A DNA stretch of 64,000 nt from Eledone cirrhosa (taxonomy: Eukaryota), in the NCBI GenBank assembly GCA_964016885.1, contig OZ024751.1:39928001-39992000 (forward strand), given 5' to 3'. Positions 41,027 through 55,010 of this stretch are shown here, in pieces; positions within the stretch are counted from its first letter, which is position 1, and every line of letters starts with the position of its first letter. The position numbers and the translations under genes were made by a program. The notes beneath the pieces were generated by a model that was not told the origin of the DNA, did no database searches, and worked only from the letters and a program-made list of their open reading frames with translations.

Positions 41027-41220
41027 GGGCGGTGGATTGGCAGTATCAGTAGTGGGTCGGACGCAATGCTTTGACGCATAGAGTTACGCCCCTTTCCATT
41101 CTGAGTTCAAATCCCGCCGAGGTTAACTTTGCCTTTCTTCCTTACGGGGTCGATAAAATAAAGTACCAGTAATGCACTGGGTGATTGCTGGCCTTGTGCC
41201 AAAAGTAGAACAATTATTAT
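41027..41220 (+). mobile_element. SINE family 1 (full length)
   Basis: Head to tail match; attattagttgg repeated on both flanks. Confidence 0.9.
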
Positions 41221-41231
41221 TAGTTGGATAA

Positions 41232-41413
41232 AAGGATTTACGCCATTTATTCCTGATCTTTACGTTCTGAATTAAAATCTCGTCGAGGTGAGATTTGCCT
41301 TTCATTCTTACGGGGTCGATAAAATAAAGTACCAGTAACACACTAGGGTCGATTTAATCGATTTTCACATTCTCCAATTTTGTTGGCCTTGTGCCTAAAT
41401 CCGAAACCATTAT
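41232..41413 (+). mobile_element. SINE family 1, older long-tail copy
   Basis: Core and tail match. Confidence 0.8.
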
Positions 41414-41729
41414 TTTTATTGATTAACTGGTCAACTGGTCAGCTGGTCAGCTGGTTAATTATACATATGGTCAGTTGGATATCTTGAATATCTTTCTGCT
41501 TCATTTGAAGACATTCGTGCGAAAATATTGTGTTGATACGTACTGTTGGCTTCAAACTGGTAGTTATATATTGTTGTCGTGGCTGTAGCTAGTGTTGGTA
41601 ATGGTGATGGTATGTTGGTTGTGTAAATATTGTTTGTCTCTATGAATCTCTATCCATCTATCTATTTGTCTATCTGGTTGTTTATCTATCTATGTATCTA
41701 TCTATCTCTCTATAAATATATATATATAT

Positions 41730-41915
41730 ACCAAACCAACTTCTTACATGGAAGTTGATCAATATTTATGGTACGTCAAATTTATTTATAAAACTGCTTA
41801 TATATTGTATTTTATCTGAAGAAGGCATGCCATATTTTTAATATGGTATCCCTGAAATATGTATAATGAAATAAATATGGTTTTATAAATATAGTTTCCA
41901 TTTGTTTAATATCGT
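41730..41915 (+). mobile_element. Family C element with HHR at 41808-41873
   Basis: tattttat-CTGAAGA-aggcatgccata..tatggtatccct-GAAA-tatgta-TA-atgaaata. Confidence 0.78.
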
Positions 41916-41929
41916 ATATATATAGAGAG

Positions 41930-42074
41930 AGGAACGAATTCGGATCTAGCTGTCGAAACGGCCGGAGCTCAGCCGTCAGGGTCCTAACTCTTTTCCTATT
42001 ACCCACTCTACTACCATAAGTATCGAGTATTCTGGTGCATTATGGTCCACCTGGATTTTTACCACACTTCCTTT

Positions 42075-42077
<3 letters not shown>
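41930..42077 (+). mobile_element. Family B element without fold-back
   Basis: GAAACGGC-cggagctca-GCCGTC-agggtcc followed by the family B tail, then (TA)n. Confidence 0.7.
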
Positions 42078-42116
<39 letters not shown>

Positions 42117-42369
42117 ACAGTTCCTTGTAGAAAAGTCTTTGCAAAGCCACTGTATCTTGTTGCATAGCCATGGATGAAGGAGAGAGGGAAATCATGCTAC
42201 AGATTTAATCCCTTCAAACCACAGACATTGATTACCATATCCCCACACCCAGGGGTTTAGATACCACCACCACCTCTCCCCGTTAAGTACCCGCTGTTCT
42301 GGCTCAATCCAGACGTAAACTGAAACTACTCGGTGAATCTATTTCATATCTTATCTCTAATATAATATT

Positions 42370-42515
42370 TCTTCTTCTTCTTCTTCTTCTTCTTCTTCTT
42401 CTTCTTCTTCTTCTTCTTCTTCTTCTTCTTTTACTTCTTCTCTTTTTCTTTCTTCTTTTACTTCTTCTCCTTCTTCTTCTTCTTCTTCTTACTCCTCCTC
42501 CCTCTCCTCCTTCTT
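42370..42515. repeat. (CTT)n microsatellite
   Basis: Direct reading. Confidence 0.92.
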
Positions 42516-42639
42516 TCTATATCTATGTTTATTTTGATGTCATATATCAGTTTTCTTATTTTGCACGTGCACACGTATTTTCATAAGGTTATGTTTGGTT
42601 TTGTATTCTTATTTTTCTTATAATACAGCGCAAGAGGAA

Positions 42640-42990
42640 GGTCATGGCCTAGTGGTTAGTCGTTAGGTTCACAATGATATAGTCATGACTTCGATTCCCC
42701 GAAAGTGAGGATGATGGTGCCGTGTCCTTGGGTAAATCAATTTATTTCACATTGCTGAAAAATGAGTACTAACAACAGGTGAGGTTGGCGTCGTGAGAGA
42801 CTGGCGTTCTCTCCAAGGTAGATACTCTCAGTTAGTTAACCTCCAAGGTAGATACTCTCAGTTAATTAACCTCCAAGGTAGATACTCTCAGTTAGTTAAC
42901 CTCCAAGGTAGATACTCTCAGTTAGTTAACCTCCAAGGTAGATACTCTCAGTTAGTTAACCTCCAAGAAACCAGGATAAATCCCAGCCTT
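42640..42990 (+). mobile_element. SINE family 2-like copy containing a 30-bp tandem array (ctccaaggtagatactctcagttagttaac, ~5 copies)
   Basis: A box tggcctagtggtt, B-box-like acttcgattcc, gtgtccttgggtaa motif; array at 42811-42966. Confidence 0.6.
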
Positions 42991-43139
42991 TCGCCCAATT
43001 TGTGCTGGCTGTGAATATATAATAACTCTAGTTCCCCCATGCAAATAGGTATACTCACGCACACACGTACAATGGGCCTCCACCGCTTTCGACTACCAGG
43101 GTCCCATTCGCTCGATCACTGGAACAACCAGATTATAAA

Positions 43140-43396
43140 TTAACGTGTGTGTAAGTGACAGAGCATTCCACAAACACGTGTATCCTTAGCGTGATTTTCA
43201 GGTAGATTCAGCATGACATGGTGTTTAACAAGGCCAGCCCTTTAAATTACAGATATACTTGTTATTGGCCAAATATGTGGACAGGAGCATTGTGAAATAA
43301 AATGTCTTGATCAGGAATAAAACCTATCGATGAGGATCGAACTTCCGGCTTTATGATCGAGAGTTGAATACGCTAACCAGTAAACCTCATGCCTTC
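43140..43396 (-). mobile_element. SINE family 2, degenerate
   Basis: Reverse-complement similarity to 13484-13730. Confidence 0.55.
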
Positions 43397-43450
43397 ACAC
43401 ACACAAACACAAACACTACAATCACATTATATGTGTAGAGGGGAGTCATG

Positions 43451-43490
<40 letters not shown>

Positions 43491-43796
43491 ATGTATATAG
43501 ATATATATAGAGAGAGAGAGAGAAGAAGAAGAAGAAGAAAAAGAAGAGAGGGAGAGAGTTAAAGAGAAAGAGAGAGAGGAAGAGAGAGTTGTATCAATAT
43601 TGATGTTAGTTGATTGTCAGTGATATTTATATAAATGTGTGTGTGTGTGTGTATGTGTATGAGTCTGTGTGTGTGTTTCTCCAATATAAACAGGTACACA
43701 CACAAATACCAACACACGAACACAAATACACACATCCACAACAAACGCACTCACAACTACAATGCAACAACATCGGTCTGAAATAACGGTATCTAC

Positions 43797-43830
<34 letters not shown>

Positions 43831-44364
43831 ACTTTCAAGTAAGGATCGAGTCCCTCTGGTGTCGTTTAACGTCCATTATCTGATCAAGACAGCAATAAAA
43901 AGCCAAAACAAAGGTTCAAAGACCACTTTTTTAGGGTTTGTCTTTTTTCTTTTTTTTTTCGGAGGGGGGGGGGGGGGGGTTCCATTGATTTTTTTTTTTT
44001 TAATATATATTTTTGGCTTTTTTTTTTTATGTTCAAAAGTACGCAAAAAAAAATTCGATAATATATAATATAGATCAAGAATATCTAATCGATATTGTAA
44101 TATGTCGTTTATATGCAATCTGTAGACATGGTTCTTACTGTTCACGAAAATGGCGTTAAAAATTGCTATTTTCTGAAAAATAAGGTTAATAGCTTTAATT
44201 ATTTTATTGTATTATGTTTTTATTTCAATTGTTTTATTATATATCAAATCTTATTTTAATTTTTGTTTTAGTTTTTGTTTTTGTTTCTTTTTTACTTTTT
44301 ATATATATATTTTTTTTATTTTTGGCACCACACTTTTCGTAATCAAGTAAATGATGGCTTTATA

Positions 44365-44520
44365 GTTGTTGTTGTTATTGTTGTTGTTGTTTGGTGATGT
44401 TTATGTAGTTGGTGGTGGTGGTGGTGTTGTCGTTGTTGTTGTTGATGGTTATGGTGGTGGTGGTGTTGTCATTGTTGTTGTTGTTGATGTAGTTGTTGTT
44501 GTTGTTGTTGTTGCTGCTGC

Positions 44521-44554
<34 letters not shown>

Positions 44555-44949
44555 GATGATGTAGTTGGTGGTGTTGTTGTTGTTGTTGCTGATGGTTATG
44601 GTGGTGGTGGTGTTGTCATTGTTGTTGATGTAGTTGGTGGTGTTGTCGTTTTTGTTGTTGTTGATGTAGTTGGTGGTGTTGTTGTCGTTGTTGTTGTTGT
44701 TGTTGATGTAGTAGTTGGTGGTGGTGGTGTCGGTGACGTTGATGTTGTTATTGTTATTGTTGTTGTTGTCGTTGGTGGTGGTGGTGGTGATGGTTTGTTA
44801 GTTTGATGATGATCACCATAATCGTGATCATAATCATGGTAGTGGTGGTTGTGGTGGTGGTGGTGGTTGTGATTGTACTATTACAATTGTTGATGATGAT
44901 GCTGATGTTGATGTTGTTGTTGTTGAAGATGTTCTAGTTGTTGTTGTAG

Positions 44950-45002
<53 letters not shown>

Positions 45003-45020
45003 CTTGATGGTGTTATTGTT
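44365..45020. repeat. (GTT/GGT/GAT)n tract
   Basis: Direct reading. Confidence 0.92.
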
Positions 45021-45133
45021 TTCAGATAATTCCTGATATTTATCCTGTCGCCTAATACGATGAAACTTCAAACTACCATTGTTCAAAAATATATATTTTG
45101 TAACATGATTCTCAATAGTAAATCAAGAAGCTG

Positions 45134-45135
<2 letters not shown>

Positions 45136-45177
<42 letters not shown>

Positions 45178-45219
45178 GTAAATATATATATATATGTACA
45201 TTTATATATATATGTATAC

Positions 45220-45284
<65 letters not shown>

Positions 45285-45309
45285 CATATATATATATATA
45301 CATATATAC

Positions 45310-45366
<57 letters not shown>

Positions 45367-45368
45367 TG

Positions 45369-45399
<31 letters not shown>

Positions 45400-45455
45400 G
45401 CATGTATATATATATATATGTATATATATATATGCATGTATATATATATATATGT

Positions 45456-45521
<66 letters not shown>

Positions 45522-45634
45522 GTATATATATATGTATACATATATATACATATATATATACATATATATATATATACATATATATACATATATATATATA
45601 TATATATCCATATATATATATACATATACATATA

Positions 45635-45729
<95 letters not shown>

Positions 45730-45966
45730 TGTGTGTGTGTGTGTCTGTGTGTTCTATTGTATTTGTTTTTCTGATGTTATTATTGTTATTGCTGTTGTTG
45801 TTGTTCTTGCTTTTTCTGTTGTTGCTGTTGTTGTTGTTTTGAGAGAGGTGGAGAAGATGACATTTTGATAATTTTACTGTTAAACTTATTTTGGGTCTGT
45901 GTATCTTTTTTTCAAATCCTAAACTTAATGCTGTCATTTTTACTTTTGTAGTTAAATATATATATA

Positions 45967-46010
<44 letters not shown>

Positions 46011-46100
46011 AGTGTGTGTGTGTGCGAGTGAGTGTGTGTGCGTGTGTGTGTACATTTAAATATGTATATGCATATACATATTTACATACACACACACACA

Positions 46101-46149
<49 letters not shown>

Positions 46150-46165
46150 ATATTTATACATATGT

Positions 46166-46218
<53 letters not shown>

Positions 46219-46493
46219 TACATATATACATATACATATATACATATATACATATATGCATATATATATATATATATATACATATATATATGTATGTATA
46301 CGTACATACATATATGTATACAGACGTACAGTAGTATGTATATATATACATACATGCACACATATATATATGCTCGTATCGGTTTACCGATATATGTATG
46401 TACGTATACATACATACTTACATTTAAGTAACTGCCGTACTAAGAGTGAGAAATGAAATTTCGTTTCATTCTATCCCATTTACATATATATAC

Positions 46494-46588
<95 letters not shown>

Positions 46589-46618
46589 CATACATATATA
46601 TTTACATACATTCATACA

Positions 46619-46652
<34 letters not shown>

Positions 46653-46745
46653 CATACATACATACATACATACATACATACATACATTCATACATATTTA
46701 CATACATTCATACATATTTACATACATACATATTTACATACATAA
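45136..46745. repeat. Long (TA)n/(TACA)n microsatellite field
   Basis: Direct reading. Confidence 0.92.
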
Positions 46746-47394
46746 TTCATGTTTTTACTGTGCTATAATTTCTCGTTTACTCTCAAAAATATTACGACAG
46801 CTTTAAAATGTTTGTTTCTCTTCTTCTCCATCTGTTTCCTATTCTTCTTTGTAGTGGCCAACTTTGTTCTTTGATAATGTCAAACGACAAATCATTCTTG
46901 TTTCATTTTCAGTCTTCAGTCGCTCTTTTTTATTTGAAGTCCCGTTTATTGAGCTGAACCTGAAAGACAATGTGCCGGAAGTCTCTGAGAAAACGTCCAA
47001 GCTGGTCAGATTTCAACTTCTGCAGTTGTTAACTTCCTTCGATAAAAATGTTATTTAAAATTTTCAAATAAGAGAATTGACCTAGCTTGGCAAAATGTTT
47101 GAGAAAAAATGTTTATAGAAGAAAGATATACGATTTTGGCTGTCGTACAAACAACAGCGGCGTAAAACCCTTGCCTTTCTAGTGCCTATCTTGAGATATA
47201 CAGCGTCTATTGTGGGGAAAACCAGGTTAACAGGTTAAACGAATCTTATCATCAAATGAAAATTTATGAAATAGTCAATGTTTGTGAAAATAAACGAATG
47301 TTAAATTATTATGTCACTCCCTATTTATATATATATATATATATATAAATATATATATTGAAGTTTCCGTTGAAAATTGAAAAAGTCATAGGCG

Positions 47395-47678
47395 TGTGAA
47401 GAGTGCTCTATGTAAGTTACAGAGCTAAATTTAATGTATAATAAACAATACAATATAATGTATAATAAACAATACAATATAATTACCTCGTTACCAGAGG
47501 TTTCCCGAATAAGAAACGTCCGCATTCGTTCGACAGTCAAGGCAATTTAAAACATTTAAAGGCAATTTAAAACAATTTAAATTGCCTTGTCTGACGAACG
47601 AATGCGGACGTTTCTTGTATTCGTCTTATTCGGGAAACCTCTGGTAATGAGGTAATTATATTGTATTGTTTATTATAC

Positions 47679-47682
<4 letters not shown>
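47395..47682. mobile_element. Head-to-head pair of HHR-bearing elements (family F): HHRs at 47482-47546(-) and 47581-47656(+)
   Basis: attgccttgt-CTGACGA-acgaatg...tattcgg-GAAA-CC-tct-GG-TA-atgaggtaat, with a 10-bp stem I; the minus copy has CTGTCGA. Confidence 0.82.
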
Positions 47683-47759
<77 letters not shown>

Positions 47760-47857
47760 ATATATATCTATATATATATAGTTCAAGGACACAACAGAGT
47801 ACAGAAGGTCTCATTAGTTTCTCGCTTTATATTGGAAAAAGGAAAGTTCAACGTGGC

Positions 47858-47998
<141 letters not shown>

Positions 47999-48286
47999 TA
48001 TCGAATAAAATAATAGTGGTTTTCTTTTTATTGCAATACCGTGTATTCTATAAGCTGTTGTCAATATTTTTATTGTCACATCTGTATAGAGAAAAAATGT
48101 TGGCTGTGTAAGAAGTGTATAAATTGTTTACAACAAAAACGAGAGGGAGTATGTCACTTGCTCCAGCAGATCACGACGAAACAGTCTGACTACAAGGATA
48201 CTAAACGATATTATAGAACTGTTTACTAATGGACAATTTCATTTTATTACATAGAGACAATCTATCTATCTATCTATCTATCTATC

Positions 48287-48338
48287 GTTTGTATTTGTCC
48301 CCTTCTTTTGCGCCCCTGTGGCTAATAAAGAAACATAT
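48287..48338 (+). mobile_element. Very short Tx1-like 3' end inserted in (TATC)n
   Basis: (tatc)n-gtttgtatttgtccccttcttttgcgcccctgtggctaataaagaaaca-tatctatc. Confidence 0.8.
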
Positions 48339-48421
48339 CTATCTATCGTTCTTTCTCTCGCTCTCTTTCTCTCTCTTTCTCTCTCTTTCTCTATCTTTCT
48401 CTCTCTTTCTCTATCTTTCTC

Positions 48422-48469
<48 letters not shown>

Positions 48470-48544
48470 TCTCTCTCTCTCTCTCAAGAAATTGGGGCCC
48501 AGTACCCAACGAAACTTGAGTATATATTTATGCCACTGTTGTAG

Positions 48545-48607
<63 letters not shown>

Positions 48608-48609
48608 CC

Positions 48610-48650
<41 letters not shown>

Positions 48651-48651
<1 letters not shown>

Positions 48652-48797
48652 CGAAGGAAATGTGGTAAGGAACCAAGTGGACCATAACGCACCAAAGTAC
48701 TCAATACTTAGGGTAGTAGAGTGGGTAATAGGAACTAGAGTCCAGAATTAGCCGTCGAAACGGCTTGAGCTCAGCCGTCGGGGTCCCACTCGTTCCT
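48651..48797 (-). mobile_element. Family B element with an inverted half-HHR segment
   Basis: Body matches 3816-3900; 48738-48797 is inverted (GAAACGGC..GCCGTC). Confidence 0.72.
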
Positions 48798-48829
48798 ATA
48801 TATATATAAATCACTGATTTTTCCTTTTT

Positions 48830-49079
<250 letters not shown>

Positions 49080-49161
49080 AAGTGCCCAGGAAAACTATTT
49101 CCTTTGAGCTCATTTAATTACAGGATTATACGCGAGTCCTTTGCTCCGTTATTTTTACTTG

Positions 49162-49242
<81 letters not shown>

Positions 49243-49302
49243 AAGTAATTCCGTCGGAAAAGTCCAGGAAAAAAGAGTCCTCTCTGTAGGTAACAGAGCT
49301 TA

Positions 49303-49632
49303 ATAGTTATGTAATAAACAACATAAGGCAATTATTCCATTTACCAGTGGTTTCTTAAAAGCAAAAGATTTTGCTTTCAATCCTCAGAATGAAAAAATCG
49401 TGGTCTGTTTATTGAATTTGGATTTTAAAAACAAAAATGCAATCTATGATAGATTGCATTTTTGTAAAAACAAAAATGCAATCTATGATAGATTGCATTT
49501 TTGTTTTTAAAATCCAAATTCAATAAACAGACCAGGATTTTTTCATTCTGAGGATTGAAAGCAAAATCTTTTGCTTTTAAGAAACCACTGGTAAATGGAA
49601 TAATTGCCTTATGTTGTTTATTACATAACTAT
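49303..49632. mobile_element. Near-perfect 330-bp palindrome with one intact HHR per arm (49335-49394 -, 49541-49600 +)
   Basis: tttcatt-CTGAGGA-ttgaaagcaaaa-tc-ttttgcttttaa-GAAA-CC-act-GG-TA-aatggaa. Confidence 0.88.
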
Positions 49633-49677
49633 ATATATATATATACATATATATATTTTTTCGCCTGTTTTCAAAGT

Positions 49678-49787
49678 CCGGCAGTTACAAGAGCGGGAGA
49701 GATCGTCTTGACGAGAACCAGTTGAGTTCGAAATGCATCGACGATTGTCCCCCCTTGCTTCTGCCGGGCACAGTGTTATTCATAGCT
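49678..49787 (+). ncRNA. Type I hammerhead motif, U3 variant, with an extended stem I (family H)
   Basis: gatcgtc-TTGACGA-gaac-cagttga-gttc-GAAA-tgca-TC-gacgatt; palindromic ATGCAT stem III; distal pairing ccggcag/ctgccgg. Confidence 0.8.
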
Positions 49788-50069
49788 ATGGTTTCTAAAT
49801 GTTTATTTATAAACATACCGTATGTATGTGAAACATGTGTAATGAAAATAAACGTAAATTGATATAACACCCCCATTTATATATATATGGTGACTAAAAG
49901 ACGATGTGGTAACGGCTGAAACTCCTTCGATTATAGATCTGTTCAATCAACAACAACAATAATGATAAAAATAATAACAACAACAGCAACAACGACAACA
50001 ACAATAATCGCTATTTAATCAGAAGACTAACAAATCAAATTAACTTTAAAACGATTCACTGTGAACAAC

Positions 50070-50307
50070 CCTCTCCCATATACACACACACCTTCTCTCT
50101 CTCTTACTCTCTCTCTCTCTCACTACCTCTCCCGCACTCTTACCTTTCTCAGGCTCACTTCTCATCTCTCTATTCCTATCTCCCTCTTCTTATTATTCCT
50201 CTCTGTTTATCTCTCCCTATCTCATCCTATCTCTCTCTTATAAACTCCTTCTTCTCACTTCATCACCCTTTATCTCTTTATCTCACTTTTCTCTCTCCCT
50301 TTCTCTT

Positions 50308-50341
<34 letters not shown>

Positions 50342-50690
50342 TTACTCTCTCTCTCTCTCTCTTTCTTTCTCACCCCCTCTCTCTCCCAGTCACATCTCTT
50401 CTCAACACTCTCTTCCCACTTCACTTTCTTTCTTTCTCTCTCCCTCTCTCCCTCTCTCTCTCTCCCTCTCACCAGCACTCTCCAACTCTCTCTATCACCT
50501 CCCCTTCCTCCCCCTCTCTACAATTTTCCTTCTTTCTTCTCTCTCATTCTCACCCTCCCACTTTCTCTCTCTGTCCCCTCTCTCCTATTTTCCCTCTTTC
50601 CTCTCTCTCTCACCTCCCCTTCCTCTCTCTCTCTCTCTCACACTCCACCCCTCTCCCCTATTCTTCCCTCTTTTCTCACTACATCCTTCA
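50070..50690. repeat. Polypyrimidine (CT)-rich low-complexity tract
   Basis: Direct reading. Confidence 0.9.
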
Positions 50691-51008
50691 CTTTAACGCT
50701 AGATTAACATATTAATCCCTACTACAACACCACAACTCAAAGTCATCCTAAACCATTGTATCCATTTGATGAATGTTTCGGATGTGGTGATGGGTTGGAG
50801 GTGGTGATGGGTTGGAGGTGGAAGATGTTTCGTTGCTCACTTTTTTTTAGAAATATGAACACTTTGACAAGATTAAAACAATTATATCTTCCCTTTACAG
50901 AAAATGATTCCTAATGTTAAAATGGCGCCGAATGCAGCATTCTGTTCTCTGTTATTATATAAACAATATATATATAAATATATTTATATATATGTGTGTG
51001 TTTATTAT

Positions 51009-51084
<76 letters not shown>

Positions 51085-51094
51085 TAAATATATG

Positions 51095-51160
<66 letters not shown>

Positions 51161-51198
51161 TAAATATATGTATGTATATATATATATATAAAAATATG

Positions 51199-51243
<45 letters not shown>

Positions 51244-51608
51244 TTATTTATATTATGTGTATGTGTATATATATGTGTGTGTATTCAAATAGAAAAAACA
51301 ACGGAAAGACTATATATATATATATATATATACAAATATATATACTGAAACGGTTGTTTCCATGTTACTAAAGATGGTCGCCATTTCAGTAATATTCTCG
51401 AGACGAGATGAATACCATTAATGGAAATGAAACAACGGGTAAAGCAAAAGAAATGTTCTTTCTGATGTAAATAGTAAATAGTTATCTTTCCTTAACAGAA
51501 GTTATGATATCACAGTCTAATTGGTTATGTCAGAATTTCTGTATTTCAGAAATTGTTACAAACGATTGTGGCGTAACGTGTGTATGTATGTGTGCGTGCA
51601 GATATATA

Positions 51609-51775
51609 TTCCAACCCACCCATCCCCTTAATCTATCTTATTTTTCATTCTTTCTTCTGATGAAGGACAAGCGTCCAAAACGTTAAGACCCTCTTCCTGC
51701 TATATCAAGCGTTAACCTAATATATCTCTTCCATATACTGTACCGATTGTGTTGTTATTTCTGTTTACCTTTTAC
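51609..51775 (+). mobile_element. Family A element; HHR at 51653-51688 with G12 mutated to A
   Basis: tctt-CTGATGA-a-ggac-aagc-gtcc-AAAA-CGTT-aaga. Confidence 0.72.
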
Positions 51776-51811
51776 ATATATATATATATGTGTGTGTGTG
51801 TTTAAAAGAAT

Positions 51812-51925
51812 ATGGACCCCGACGGCTGAGCTCTTGCTGTTTCAACAGCCAGTTCCAGAGTCAGTCTGGTCCTGACACTTTATAATATAACCATACTCTA
51901 CTTCCCCAAGTATTGAGTACTCTGT
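51812..51925. mobile_element. Rearranged, degenerate family B copy
   Basis: ggaccccgacggctgagctc followed by the inverted tail ctctacttccccaagtattgagtactctg. Confidence 0.55.
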
Positions 51926-52154
51926 TGAGTAATGGTCTAACCAGTTTCAAAATGAAACCTCTTTCTCTCTCTCTATCTATCTATCTCTCAATTCCTGTCC
52001 CCTTCTCCCTCATACTATCCCTCTATCCTTCCTTTTTCATAGGCACCTTTACCCACCATGACCACCACTACTACCACTATCACCACCCCCACCACTATAA
52101 TAACTGTTATTAATCAAAACCAACTCAATAATACCAAAAGAGGAGACAGCTCCT

Positions 52155-54430
52155 TCCACCACCGCTACCCCTTTCACCACCACTGCCACCACCACTACCA
52201 CCACAACTATCCTCACCACCATCTTCACCACCAACACCATCACCGCTACCCCTTTCACCACCACTGCCACCACCACTACCACCACAACTATCCTCACCAC
52301 CATCTTCACCACCAACACCATCACCGCTACCCCCTTCACCACCACTGCCACCACCACTACCACCGCAACTATCCTCACCACCATCTTCACCACCACCACC
52401 ATCACCGCTACCCCTTTCACCACCACTGCCACCACCACTACCACCACAACTATCCTCACCACCATCTTCACCACCAACACCATCACCGCTACCCCTTTCA
52501 CCACCACTGCCACCACCACTACCACCACAACTATCCTCACCACCATCTTCACCACCAACACCATCACCGCTACCCCTTTCACCACCACTGCCACCACCAC
52601 TACCACCACAACTATCCTCACCACCATCTTCACCACCAACACCATCACCGCTACCCCTTTCACCACCACTGCCACCACCACTACCACCACAACTATCCTC
52701 ACCACCATCTTCACCACCACCACCATCACCGCTACCCCTTTCACCACCACTGCCACCACCACTACCACCACAACTATCCTCACCACCATCTTCACCACCA
52801 ACACCATCACCGCTACCCCTTTCACCACCACTGCCACCACCACTACCACCACAACTATCCTCACCACCATCTTCACAACCACCACCATCACCGCTACCCC
52901 TTTCACCACCACTGCCACCACCACTACCACCACAACTATCCTCACCACCATCTTCACCACCAACACCATCACCGCTACCCCTTTCACCACCACTGCCACC
53001 ACCACTACCACCACAACTATCCTCACCACCATCTTCACCACCACCACCATCACCGCTACCCCTTTCACCACCACTGCCACCACCACTACCACCACAACTA
53101 TCCTCACCACCATCTTCACCACCAACACCATCACCGCTACCCCTTTCACCACCACTGCCACCACCACTACCACCACAACTATCCTCACCACCATCTTCAC
53201 CACCAACACCATCACCGCTACCCCTTTCACCACCACTGCCACCACCACAACCACCACAACTATCCTCACCACCATCTTCACCACCAACACCATCACCGCT
53301 ACCCCTTTCACCACCACTGCCACCACCACTACCACCACAACTATCCTCACCACCATCTTCACCACCAACACCATCACCGCTACCCCTTTCACCAGCACTG
53401 CACCACCACTACCACCACAACTATCCTCACCACCATCTTCACCACCAACACCATCACCGCTACCCCTTTCACCACCACTGCCACCACCACTACCACCACA
53501 ACTATCCTCACCACCATCTTCACCACCAACACCATCACCGCTACCCCTTTCACCACCACTGCCACCACCACTACCACCACCGCTATAATCACTCACCATC
53601 TTCACCACCAACACCATCACCGCTACCCCTTTCACCACCACTGCCACCACCACTACCACCACAACTATCCTCACCACCATCTTCACCACCACCACCATCA
53701 CCGCTACCACCACCACTACCACCACAACTATCCTCACCACCATCTCACCACCAACACCATCACCGCTACCCCTTTCACCACCACTGCCACCACCACTACC
53801 ACCACAACTATCCTCACCACCATCTTCACCACCACCACCATCACCGCTACCCCTTTCACCACCACTGCCACCACCACTACCACCACAACTATCCTCACCA
53901 CCATCTTCACCACCAACACCATCACCGCTACCCCTTTCACCACCACTGCCACCACCACTACCACCACAACACTATCCTCACCACCATCTTCACCACCACC
54001 ACCATCACCGCTACCCCTTTCACCACCACTGCCACCACCACTACCACCAACTATCTCACCACCATCTTCACCACCAACACCATCACCGCTACCCCTTCAC
54101 CACCACTGCCACCACCACTACCACCACAACTATCCTCACCACCATCTTCACCACCAACACCATCTCCACCACCACTTCCACCACCACTGCCACACCACCA
54201 ACTACCTCACCACCATCTTCACACCAACACCATCACCACCCTTTCACCACCACTGCCACCACACCACTACCACCACAACTATCCTCACCACCACACCAAC
54301 CATCACCGCTGCTACCCCTTTCACCACCACTGCCACCACCACTACCACCACAACTATCCTCACCACCATCTTCACCACCACCACCATCACCGCTACCCCT
54401 TTCACCACCACTGCCACCACCACTACCACC
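52155..54430. repeat. 81-bp (CCA)-derived minisatellite, about 28 units, degenerating toward 3'
   Basis: Unit ccgctacccctttcaccaccactgccaccaccactaccaccacaactatcctcaccaccatcttcaccaccaacaccatca. Confidence 0.95.
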
Positions 54431-55010
54431 ACAACTATCCCCACCACCACCACCATTTTCACCACAACCACCACCATCACCGCCACCACTTTCGCCATCA
54501 CTACCATCACAACTGTCACCACCACCACCACCGCCACTTTCACCACAACCACCATCACCACCACTACCACCACAACTATCCCCACCACCACCACCATTTT
54601 CTCCACAACCACCACCATCACCGCCACCACTTTCGCCATCACTACCATCACAACTGTCACCACCACCACCACCGCCACTTTCACCACAACCACCATCACC
54701 ACCACTACCACCACAACTATCCCCACCACCACCACCATTTTCTCCACAACCACCACCATCACCGCCACCACTTTCGCCATCACTACCATCACAACTGTCA
54801 CCACCACCACCACCACTTTCACCACAACCACCATCAACACCACTACCACCACAACTATCATCCCCACCACCACTTTCACCACAACCATCACTATTACCAC
54901 CAACAGCACTACCACCACTACCACTATAACTATGCCCACCACCACCATCACTATTACCACAACCACCACCATCACCGCCACTACTTCCACCACCACCACC
55001 ACCACCCAAC
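54430..55010. repeat. 141-bp (CCA)-derived repeat x3, then a degenerate ACC tract
   Basis: Units start at about 54439, 54580 and 54721. Confidence 0.85.

Noticed and set aside
46880-46925. Minus-strand CTGAAGA...GAAACA...TGTC
   Set aside because: No stem II and no stem I complementarity; compatible with chance.
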